Positions 22,401-34,400 of a stretch of 64,000 nt of DNA are shown piece after piece. The stretch spans positions 1 through 64,000 of the forward strand of contig CAUYUJ010000050.1 in the NCBI GenBank assembly GCA_963575745.1, written 5' to 3'. The notes beneath the pieces are model-generated. The model ran no database searches, was not told the DNA's origin, and saw only the letters and a program-made list of their open reading frames with translations. How positions within the stretch are numbered: the first letter of the stretch is position 1; every line of letters starts with the position of its first letter. The position numbers and the translations under genes are program-made. The DNA is from Prorocentrum cordatum (lineage: Eukaryota).

Positions 22401-25400
22401 AAAGAATTTACAACTCGACGAAGAGTCGGGGAATAATAAGAATAATGATAATAATAATAATAGTAATAATAATAATAAAAATAAAAAGATGAAGAAGAAA
22501 GAAGGACACATCATAATAATAAGAAGAAGAAGAAGAAAAAGAAGAAGAAGAAAAAGAATAAGAAGAAGAAGAAGAAGAAGTCGAAATCGATACTCAATCA
22601 CGAACATCAGCTTCCGGAGGTCCGCGAGCAGCTCTTGGATCGGCGCTGGGCGCCGCTGGCGGCGCCTCCGGCGCCGATCCAGGAGAAACCCGCGCGGACC
22701 TCCGAAGCAGAGGCGCCGGCGGGAACGCACGGTCGGGAGCGCCTCCCTGGCTCCTGATCCGCCGTACTTTGGATGATTTTCCGACCTAAAATTGTATCGG
22801 AAATCGACGCCAAAGGAGCCTCAAGGGCGGAAATCGACGCTCAAAGGGGCCTCAAAAGTAGGGCGGAAATTTCCGCCCTACTTTCGAAATCGCCCAAAGT
22901 AGGGCGGATCAGGAGTCAGGGCTGCGCAGCGTGTGCCGCGCCGCCGGTGCTGGCCCACCACGCTGCGGCGCGGCGGGCTGACCACGCCCCCAGTCCCCAA
23001 GCGTGACCTTCCCGGGCCTTGTCCAGCCCTCAGCGGGCCCTGGAAATGACAGGGCCGTTTTTTTTTACCGGTTCCGTTTTGCCGTTTTTTTGCCGGTTCC
23101 GACGCCGTTCTTTTTCCGGTTCCGTCGCCGTTCTTTTACGGATTCCTGCTCCCCGGTTCCAATTTTGGAGCCGTTTCTGTTGCCGTTTCCGGTCGCCGTT
23201 TTTTTTGCCGTTTCCATTTTCAAGGGGCACTTTTTCAGAAACGGTGAAAAAACGGCCCTGCCGTTTCCCGGGCCTTGTCCAGCCCCCCCCCCCGCAGAGC
23301 GGAGCGGCACGCTATCCGCTCGCAAGGCATAGCGTGTCGCCCAGGGACGCCGCCGCGGGCTTCGACGCGCTGAACGAGAGCTCCTGACCGTTAAGTTTCC
23401 ACGGGTCCGCGCGGGCCTCCCAGAGGTTGCTTGTGTGCCGTCGTTTTTTTCTGTGCAGGCCACCATGGTCCCTCCGGGCGTTGCATGGTCGAGGGAGCTC
23501 AACGCAAGGGCAGCAGAGGTCGCCTCCCCCGTCATGCAGCACTACGACGCCATCACCCGTTCGCCACCGGGGGCCACTTGGTCAAGGGACCTCAACGCAA
23601 GGGCGGCAGAGGTCGCCTCCCCCGTCATGCAGCACTACGACGCCATCACCCGTTCGCCACCGGGGGCCACTTGGTCAAGGGACCTCAACGCAAGGGCGGC
23701 AGAGGTCGCCTCCCCCGTCATGCAGCACTACGACGCCATCACCCGTTCGCCACCGGGGGCCACTTGGTCAAGGGACCTCAACGCAAGGGCGGCAGAGGTC
23801 GCCTCCCCCGTCATGCAGCACTACGACGCCATCACCCGTTCGCCACCGGGGGCCACTTGGTCAAGGGACCTCAATGCTAGGGCGCTGGAGACGATGCTGG
23901 CAAAAACCATGCAGGGGCACTCGAACGAGGTCGCCACGCCACCTCCAGGGTCGGTGTGGTCGCGCGAGCTGAACGCCAAGGGAGCTGAGGCTAGGAGCAC
24001 CTCGAGCCGCGGCGGCTGGGACGGGGCGTGGTCTCGTGAACTGAACCGGAAGGGCATGGAGATGGAGAAGGACCAGGCTGGGAGCACCATCATGCGGAAA
24101 CATCATGACGCGATCACAGCAGTGCCTGCTGGAACTGCGTGGTCTCGGGAGCTGAACAGGAAGGCCATGAGCATCGAGGCCGCGAACTCCATGGATGCCA
24201 CCACCGCAGTCCCAGCTGGAAGCTGTTGGTCCAAGGACTTGGATTCGAGCGCGATGGAGGCACAGCTCGAGAAGCACTGCGACGCCATCACGGCAGCCCA
24301 GACTGTCACATGGTCGAAGGAGTTGAACCAGAAGGCCGCGGACAGTGAAGCGGCGTGGTCTATCCAGAAGCACTACGACGCTATCACCGAGGCTGCAGCC
24401 AGAGGTGCTTGGTCCAGGGAGCTGAACCTGCAGGCGGTGGAGGCCTGGGACAACCAGAAGCTGTGCGAAGCGAGGCCCATCCGCCCGCAGACGACCCCGG
24501 AGCTGAAGCCCCACGGGCGAGAGCGCCAGTTCAGCGACGCCAGCACCGCCGCCCCGATGTCCCGACAGGGCACCGAGCGGGCGCTGTCCTGGGCCGAGGA
24601 CGACCTCGACGACGACGACTGGTGCCACGAGGAGCCCCGCGCGCTCGAGCGGTGCGCGCGGATCCCCGAGTGAGCGCCCGAGCCTCGTGGGCGCAGCGGG
24701 GCCGGGCCCCCCCCCCGGGGGCGCCGGCGCGCGCGAGGCGATCGCGGCGCGCGTGGCGGGGGCCAGCGCCAACGGGGGCCAGTCAATCCCTCGAGCTCCT
24801 CTGGCCGACCCGAGGTTGGAAGGCTCCTCCTCCTCCTCCTCCTCGTCCTCCTCCTCCTCCTCCTCTTCCTCCTCCTCCTCCTCCTCCTCCTCTGGAGCCA
24901 GCCCCGCCCTTCCTTCCTCCCTCGGCCGGACCTGTGCGGTTGGCCGTGCAGGGTCCGCGACGTGGCCTCGGTGGACCCGCAGTGGCGTTGGCCCGCGCCG
25001 GTGCGCCCCCCTATGGTGAAGGGCCACACGCTCGGGGGCGGCCGTCGGCGGCCCGAAGATGGGGCCCTGGGGGATGGGGCCCTCTAAGGGCAGGAAGGGT
25101 CCCAGGCTGAATTCGCACCTCCTCCTCCTCCTCCTCCTCCTCCTCCTCCTCCTCCTCCTCCTCCTCTCCTCCACCCTCCCTCCTCCTCCTCCTCCTCCTC
25201 CTCCCTCCTCCTCCTCCTCCTCGTCCTCCTCCTCCTCCTCCTCGTCCTCCTCCTCCTCCTCCTCCTCCTCCTCCTCCTCCTCCTCCTCCTCTGGCCCCTC
25301 GCCCACAGGGCCCCATCCCGCGGGGCCTCATTTTTTGTTTGGAGCCGCCCAGGAAGGCAGGGGGGGGGGGGGGCCCAGGCGGCTCCGAGATGGGGACCTG

Positions 25401-28400
25401 GGGGGGGGATGCCGCCGTTCCCTGCTCAGCGCTCCCGTGGCCGCCCCGCTGTCCAGCCCCCCCCTCTCCTGCACGCCGGCCACTTCGCACTTCGGTCGCC
25501 CCCGTGGCTCATCGCTGGTGCAGCTCGCCCGTCTCTCGGGGGGTCCCATGTCTGAACCGCCGAGGGGGGCAGCGGGAGCGGGGGGGCGTTTTCAGGCGAT
25601 CGCAAACGTGGATCGAGGGGGCGCGGATTAGCGACGGGTCCCGTTTCCATGGGACATCGCGGACTTCCGCCGCCGAGCGAGGCGGCACCGGCCGCATTTC
25701 GGGGAGGGCGCCTCCCCCGATCCATGGATTTGGCGACCGCGCGCCAAATCCATGGATCGCTGAGCCATGTCTGCGCGCCCCCGATGTTTGGGGTGGCAGG
25801 AGGCGAGGGGGGCACTGGGGGGGGGGGGGCAGGTGCGCTCAGACGAGCAGCGGCGGCGGGCCGGGGAGCGCCTAGTGTCAGGCGACCTCGCGTCCGCGTT
25901 TTGCGTCGTCCGGGCTCCGTTTGAAGGGAGCTGCTTTTCCTGCCCCCTGTCGGGGAAACGCAAGTCTCGAGTGAGCCGGAGCTCGGGCTCGCCGCAGTCT
26001 TCTGACGGGCGCGTCCCGGATTTTGGCGGTCCGATTCTCGGGGGATGTCCGCAGCGGGAGCTCGCGCCACATTTCGGAGCGGGTCTCGCCATTTGCACGA
26101 TGGGGCCCCGCCGGGCCGACCCGAGTCCCCCGCACCCGAGTCTTGCGTCTCCCCGACTCTGGGTGCGGAGACAGTGATCGGCGGCGGGCCAAGGGGGGGG
26201 GGGAAGCGAGGCGGGGCGAGCTTGTTCCCAGAGGGCTCGGCAAGCCTCGGGCCTTCCCGAGAGGCTTCCCGGGTCTTCCTCGGAGCCGCGGGCAGCTCCT
26301 CGGGCGGCGCGAGGGCGTCCGAGAGGCCCCGCCGCCTCCCGAGGAGGCCTGCTCCGTCCCACTTCGCACCCCCCCCCCGCGGCGCGTCTCGCCGACGTGG
26401 GGGCGACGACCGGCAGCAGTGCCCCCGTCCGTCTCGGAACGGGGCTCGCGCCGTCGGTGTGGCCGCGGGCGGAGGTCCACCTCCGCGGGAGCGTCGCCTG
26501 CCCCCGGGGCGGCCGCAGAGGGTGCTGGGCAGCACCTGCTGCTCGGCGTCGTGTCCGCATTTGCTGTACCGTCGGGGCCCTGAAGAAGGAACCCTTTTGG
26601 TTGGGGAGGGGCTCCGCGTTCCTTAAGTGTTTCGCAGCTTTTGCCTCAGGTGTTCCTTATGTCTTCGATCGGAGATCGAAGTTTAACTTATGGAAAAAAG
26701 GGGCCTCGGTCCTTCTTTAGGGTCCCTGAGGTCAACGCCCCGACTGTATTCTCTGTGCCCATGTCTCCGGGCACGCCAAGTCAGTTTCTGTGGCTCAGGA
26801 TTTCTGGCCGGGCGTGGTCTCGAGGATCGATCGGGTCCGAAGCCTTTTTTTCCTCCTGGGGCGGTGCGACCCCTCCCGCGTCGTTCTGAAGGGGGTCGGG
26901 GTCGGGGCATTTCAGAGGCTGCGCGTGTCCTGGTTCGATTCAGAAGCGGCCCATGGATCAGTCATCGAGCCCTCGTCGGGCGATCCATAACTCCGTTTGA
27001 ATAAGTTTGCACGACAATTGTCTGAGGAGGACTACCTGCCTCATAGGAGAAAAGCAGCATCTGCATACACTTTCGGAGGTCCGCGCTGTTTTTTCCGATC
27101 GGCGTTGGACCCCCCACTCTGGCGCGCGTGGGGCGACGCCGGAGGCGCCGCCAGGGGGGTCATTCCAGCGCTGATACAACGAGATCCGCGCGGATCTCAG
27201 ACAGTTTGTGGTTATTGCTTTTCTTTTTCTTCTAATGCCATAATTCGGCTGTACATATTCGAGCAGCCTTCGTGGCCCACGTCGGGCTGTGTGCTGTGCC
27301 TGTTTGAAGTCGACGAAATCGGCGCCGACGCCCCCGCAGCTCCCTGCGCCCCGCTCGGGGAGCTGCCTGCGGGCGAGGGCTCGGCTAATACACCATATCC
27401 CGCGCCCTGGCTGATTGGCTGGGGCGATGGCCATTGGCCGATTAGATCTCCCGCCGTGTCCGATTGGTCACAGCACACGTCGATGCGGCCTGCCCGATGG
27501 GCCGATGGGGTCTCCCGCCGTGGCCGATCGGCCAGATCTCAGGGGCGCCCTGGAGTTTCTGCGCTCACATCCGTCGTGGATGGCACCATCAAGCGTTCTT
27601 GATCTCGCAGCCTTGCGTCACCCCTGCGCGTGGCAACGGCCACTGCAGTCGAACGCAGCTGGCCGTTGAGGGTGAAAGAGAGGAATGATGATTGCGAGGC
27701 GAAGCAGAATGGCGAGGATAACAGGGTCTGGCTTGCACTGGGCGGCGAGTACGAGCCCTTGGCCGGTGCCTTCACGAGCACGGCAGGCTTGTGGTCGTGT
27801 CGACGTTTCTGCGGCCCCACCGCTGGCGTTCACGGGTGAACGCCGCCGGTGACTTGAGGTCGGCCGACATCGAACAATTTCTGCAATGTTGGAAGATCGC
27901 GACCTTGCAGTGGTGATCAGTCCACGCGATGTCAGAGCGCGTCATCGCGACGTGAACCCTATAGGAGGAAAAGGTACCCATACCGCTACCCTTCGGCCGT
28001 TTTCCCTTTTTTCGGCTTCCTGGGAGAAACTCGTCGCCTCCGCTGGATTCGCCTCGAAATCCTGGTTAGAACGCACCCTAGGGGGGGGCCCAGGGAGTAG
28101 CAATATCGGTACCTTTTGGTTTCCCCAAACCCGCCGTAAACATGGTGAAACCTGCAAGTACCCTCTCTCCCATGGTTCTAGTCGTAACACCTTTTGACCA
28201 GCCGCCCCACGTTATTACTCTCCCGCGCAGTATTCCGTGGGTGGTCGGTATCACGTGTGTTCCAGTCGATTCCTCGTCGTGATGGGGCTTTCCCGACCCG
28301 AGCGTTCTCACATCATGGCGGTGATGACGTGATGACTGCTGTTCTGCTGCAAGAAGCAGCTCGCAACGTTCAAGGCGACACTCGGCATGGCGGGGGTGAC

Positions 28401-31400
28401 TGGTGTGCTCTTGCAAAAGTCAGCTGACCGCTTTCAAAGCAATTCTCAGCATCCCTGTACATGGGTGCATCGCCTATCGAGACTTACACCTCGAATCAAG
28501 CCCGAATTCACATTCACACCCAGACTCAGACTCATTCACATCTTCAGGCCTTGACGCGCAGTCAGATCCAGATCCACGAATTCGGACCCAGGCTCAGTCA
28601 CAGATCCAGTCGTTGACCTGTATCAGAGAAAGCAGACCCAGATTCAGGTTCAGATTGAGACCAACACTCAGTCAGACCTTGATTCAGATCGAGATTCAGA
28701 CACAGCCTTGGACTCGGACCAGACTCCGGCCCAGACTCAGAGCCAAAGGCAAACTAGTTGCCCAGAGTACGTAGTCCAGCGCGCAGTGCTCGACACATTG
28801 AGCCTGAGTCCTCTATGCTGCATCGTATCTTTATAAACTATAAACAGAGAGAGAGAGAGAGAGAGAGAAATAACAATATGAGAAAGAGACAGAGAGCGAG
28901 GCAGCAGCTTCTGGCACGCGACCTGTGCTACAGGGGCGCTTGTCACCGCACTGCGCTCGAAGCCACTCATCGACCTCGTCCCTATTCTTGAGCAACATCC
29001 GCTTTGAACACATTTCTCTTCGTTTTTCTCCTCTGTTGCTACCCCCATCAACAGCTCATAACTTCTCCTCCAACGGAAGCGCCTGCGATGCCACTTTGAC
29101 TGCGGGCGTGGCGTGCGAGTGAACCTGGAGCCTAAAGGGAAGATCTCGGGGCCCGACCCCCCTGGTTCCATAGGACGTTCGCGCCGCAGCCTCTCACATC
29201 AGCAGCCTCTGCCACTTTTGACCTGCAGCGCTGGTTAAAAAAGGGCATCCGTCATCATCATGGCCTCTGCAGCCAGCGCCACTGCAATTTTGTCTGGCAC
29301 GGTGCTGCTCGCTCTCGTCACCGTCGTTGTTTGGATCAGCAGCTCCCTTCGCCAACGCTCACGGGCCCAGCGCCGCGGCGAGGCAGGTGAGCCTCGAGAA
29401 AGACCCCGCCCCTCTTCGCGATCGGAAGTGTCCTGGTTCTGAAGCCTCCGCTGGCCTCGGCCTGCCTCGAGGATGCACGGGGCCCTGTCCCATCCTTCTG
29501 TCTCGCGTGGGTGCCGCCGTGGAGGCCAGCAGCCGGTGGAGAGGCCACGGTGCCCGCGAGACGGGGCCAGCCGTGCCTTCGGTCTTGGTGCATGCACGTG
29601 CAGACTGGTGCTGCCTGTGCCCCCCTGACGTTGCCACTCGGGATGGAGGGGGAGCAGGAGACAGAGGAGGAGTGGAAACAGGAGGGGAGAAGCATCGAGG
29701 AGCATCGAGGATCGAGGAGGAGGAGGATCGAGGCTCGAGGAGAAGGATGAGGATCGAGCCGCGCCCCTGGAGCGGACGTATATCCGGCCTCGGGGGACCC
29801 CGCCCCGGCCCGGCCTCGTGCTCGGGCCCGCTCTCCGCCCCTGGGCCCCTGGGGCCCGGCCGCGCCCAAGAGCCCAGGCCCGACGAGTCGAGCCCGGCCG
29901 AGTGCACCACGTGGCTTGCGCAGCATAGCTTGCACCACGTATCACCACCCACCAAACCACCCCAACCCAACCCGAAGGCTCAGATTTACCCTCGATTTCC
30001 AGTGGGGGGGGGGTCGGGAAACATCGAAAAAACACGTGTGGAACCCTTCCCCCCCAACCCGAAATTCGGGTCTTCGGGTTGGGTTGGGGTGGTCTGGTAG
30101 GTAGTCAACGTAGCCTGCACCACTGAAGTTGCACCACGTCTTATGAAGCAAGCCAGCTTCCACCACGTGGACTGCATCGCATGCGTGGCACCACGTCGAG
30201 TGCACACCGAGGTTTGGGCGCAGCCTGTCATCACGATGTGCTTGAAGCACGGGACGTCTTGTAGCACTTCGAGTAGGCGAGGCGTCTGCAGTTGAATGTT
30301 GATACTTTTGTCGTTGAAATAGTAGTCTCTTTCCCCGTCGCTGGCGTAGCTGATCGTTGTGATCCCTCCGTCGTGTTCGCGTTCAGAGTTTTCCTGGACC
30401 AGCTGGCAGTGGCTCCTCCACGTCACGGCCGAAGGCAGGCCTATCCGGAGAACGACACCACCAGTTCCTCCTCCTCCAAGACCCTAAGATGTGCCGAAGA
30501 CCGACACCTGCCCAAACCTGCCGAGCAGCGCAAAGACCAGGCTGGCGTCGAGTTCGGGGCCATCGTAGGGCGGGCCCACGACCTCGAACGAGAGTGCCCC
30601 AGAATCCTTTGTGTGCCCCGGCACCCCTCTCGCCACGACGTCCACCGAGAGTGCGCGCAAAGAGAGACTGCCCGGCGCGTGCGACGCGCGCCCTCGTGCT
30701 TCAGACACCACGCGCAGCTCTGACACCGGAGACCAGGAGAGCTGTAGACTGCCTCGGTGCCTCCAGGGCCTTCGCCGCGACCCGGGGGACCCACGATGCT
30801 GTTGCCGAGGGCCCGTGTCGCTGGCCTGAGTGGGCTCGAGGGTTCTCGTTGTTGGGCTCGGGGCCCTGCGCCCTTTGCCCGATCGAGCTCACGGGCGCCC
30901 TTCCCGACGCGGCCGCCTCCGGTCCAGCTCCGGAGGTCCTGTGCCCAGAGAAGCGGGTCAACGGTTCACCACCCACCAAACCACCCCAACCCAACCCGAA
31001 GGCCTCAATTTGCCCTCCATTTCCAGTGGGGAGGGGGTCCGGGAACATCGAAAAAACACGCATGGAGCCCATACCCCCCCCAACCCGAAATTCGGGTCTT
31101 CGGGTTGGGTTGTGGTGGTCTGGTAGGTAGTCAACGGTGCCCAGACACTTGGGCGCACTAGCAGGCTGCGGAATACTTGCACGGTTGGCTTCCAGGCGGT
31201 GCAGAACCACGCGATCAAGTGTGCCCGGGAGCGGACGTGTTGGATTTGCTGGATCCTTTGGTGACGAGACTATTCCCGCAGACACCGCCGCTTCTACCAG
31301 CCCCTCTCCATCAGAGTGCCCTCTGAATTCTCTAGGTGCGCGGTCGCCGAGCAGGCAAAGCAACGGGGCACCCGCGGCTTTAGGCGGAGGTGGAGTCGGG

Positions 31401-34400
31401 TGTTGCTGTAAGGGGTCCCGCCATGCCCAGCATGGTGCCCAAAGTGGTGCCCAAAGCGCTTTTTGGAGTTGCGTTGTGCCCAAAGTTGGCCCGGATGCGA
31501 GGATGTTCCGCGCCGTTTGCCCGTTCTCACGTGGGTCGCATTTATGGGCACCGAGCTTTTTTGGGCGGTCCAACGTGGTTTTTTTGGGGTACATTTTTGG
31601 ACACGCGGCCGGCCAATTTCAGGCATCCATTCTGGGCACCGTACGGGCTCTGTTTTGAGCACACAGGGTCCATTCCGGGCACGTGTCCAGGTATCCGAAC
31701 GTTGCATTGCAAGATTCTTGTGTCGGTGCAGCGCTGTGGCGCGTCGTGCTGGCGCCGTGTCGCAACGGCTTCGCGTCGCAAGGACGGATCCCGAGGGGCC
31801 TTGAGAGAGTGCCTTGAAGGTATTGGGCGAACGAGAATAGAAAACCAGAAATAGATCGGGCAAACAAGGGAAGGGGCCACGAGGGTATCGGGCAAACAAG
31901 GAAGGCTATCGCGAAACACACCGCATGTGAACTGAATAACAGACGTGCGTTGTTGGGCACAGTTTGGGGCACAATTTGGGCAACGTGCAAGTCACCGTAA
32001 TGTCTTGGACCAGCCCTGCGGTGAGTCATGTCTTACAAATTTCTCACCGTCAATGACAAGGGCGACAGAGGCGAAGTGGGACACCTACAGCCACGGAGAC
32101 GCATGGACGTCGGTAAAATCCCACTGCTTTGTGCGCAGCTACAAAACATACCGTGTCCTTCTCGCAGGCATACAAGAATCCAGGCGCAAACAGGTACAGC
32201 AAAACGTAAAAGGCTTCATCACGTCACAATCAGCACATTAAAGTTCGTTCCTTCGTTTTCTCCTCCTCCTCCTCCTGGTTCTCCTCCTCCTTCTCCTCCT
32301 CCCTCCTCCCGCCCTCCTCCTCCTCCTCCTACTACTCCCTCGTTTCCTCCTCTCCTCCTCCTCCTCCTCCTCCTCCTCCTCCTCCTCCTCCTCCTCCTCC
32401 TCCTCCAGACTCCTCCTAACACACGCGCCCCAGGGCCCGCACCAGTCCGACATGCACGAGACACGAGAGCAGCTGCCCGGCGGCTGGTGGCTCTCGGCTG
32501 CACGTTCGAGCACGCACAGTCGCTGTACGCAGATATCCACAAGTGCTCGCAGACCATCCGCCGGCATCGGCGCAGTGAGTACAGGAGAAAGAGGGCCGCG
32601 TGGAGGGAGGATTTAAAAGACGCGCTGGATCGTCATGATTTCTCTCTCGCCTACCGACTGACCCGTCTCCTCTCGGGCAAGGGCCTCGGGGCCAAGAGGC
32701 GCAGGCTTTGGGCTCCCGGCCCCTCCGCGCTCGACCCGGGCGAATGGGCTGCGAAACTTTCCAAACCTGGCGCTGAAGGAGGGCATTCTGCTGTTCATAT
32801 TGATTTGCACGCTGTAGCTGGGCGCCGTCGGGTGTCTGAACCTCCGCCTTCCGAGCTGGAGGTCCAGGAGCTGACCGAGGCGCAGTTCAAAGGTACCCGC
32901 AGGGAGCTGTGGAAGAGCCCGCTGCGCAAGACCTGCCCCTGGTGGTCGGCTCCAGTGGCCTTGTGGCGCATGGCCACCGTGCCAGGTCGCTTTGAGCCTC
33001 TACGGCGCGCTGGTCTCGGAGCTGCCCCGCAAGAGCTACGAGCTGCTAAGTTCAACAGCTTGCGCTACCTTCTGCACAAGATCATGGTACGCACCAGGCT
33101 AGCACCGGCCTGCTGGCATGTGACGTCTGCGTTCACCGTTGCGAAGCCCAGTGGTGAGCCTCGCCTGCTCCACAATCTTGATGTTTACGGTGGCCGCTTC
33201 TACCGCTGGCTCTGGCAGGAGATCGGACATACCTTTGATCGCCGTTACGCGCACGGCTATTCGAAGGGGAAACGCCGAGAGGCAGCCATCATGACCGTGG
33301 AGCTTCTGAGGCACCGTATGGCGACAGCGGGCATTTCCTGCAATACCGACTTCTATGATCTCACGAACGCTTTCGCATGTTGCGAACACCGCGATCTTCA
33401 GCACTATCTTTGGGAGGACTGCCAAACACCGCAGCTTGCACGGGACTATCTGCAGCAACGTCTCGAATGCGCCACCATGTTTTTCGAGTTTCCCAACAGA
33501 CAGCTTCTATGCATGAGCCTGCGGCAAGGGGCGCTGCCAGGATGCACGATTTCATCGCAATGGTTTCTCGCGCCGTTCCACACTGTCTTGGACCTCGCGC
33601 TTGCTGGCACGCGGTCAACCGCAGTCACGGCCACGTGCCCCTGGCTTCACACTGCCATCGGTGACCATGCCCAAGGTTGCGAAGTGTCTTTGGCTAGCTA
33701 CGCAGACGATTCGCAGCGCACCTACCCCGTAACGAACCCTGTAGACGCCAACCGGAAAAAAGCCACGGCACGTACACCATCTACAAGCGGCATGCCGCAG
33801 CACGCAGCTACGCAGCCAACGATGGCAAGCTCGTGTCGCTGCCGCATTTCGTCGGGAAGAGGGCGGACGCGTACCAGCGGATCGTCCACCGCGTGCCTGG
33901 AATCTTGGCTGGTGCAGTTTCTGGCGCCGCACGTTATCTCGGCCCCCACTTGGCGTTTGACGGTTCTCTTGGAGTTGAAAGGGTTCGCAGGGTTGCTGCG
34001 GCTCGCGCTGCGTACGCCGCTTATGGCAAGTTTTGGCACGACAATGGCCCTCGCAGGTGGGCCCGCATATTGTTCCAGGGCTCCGTTACCAGCATGCTGA
34101 CCACGGGCCTCGCGGCTTTCGTGCCCTCGCAGGCGGATCTGAAAGTTCTTGATAGATGTAAAGAACAGCTCTTGCGGAAGGCTCTGCAGGGCCGCGCCCA
34201 TCAGGAGGCCGCGCTCACCGACGGTACTACAAAGCACACGTCGTGGTCCAACGAACGCGTCCGGCAGGGTATGCAATCTGCCAACATGGGCACACTGTTG
34301 CGAGTCTCCCGGTTGAGATGGTGGCAAGACATTGTATCGTCGCCCCGGCGTTACGCTCAATTTCTAATTTCCTTTTTTGGTCACTTGCCCTGGGGCGCGC

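Noticed and set aside
27200..28430. Possible decayed coding or transposase fragments
   Set aside because: Short frames with no identifiable catalytic motifs
32028..32410. N-terminus of the 690-aa RT ORF
   Set aside because: Runs through unrelated sequence and a CCT tract; the element is 5'-truncated at about 32410
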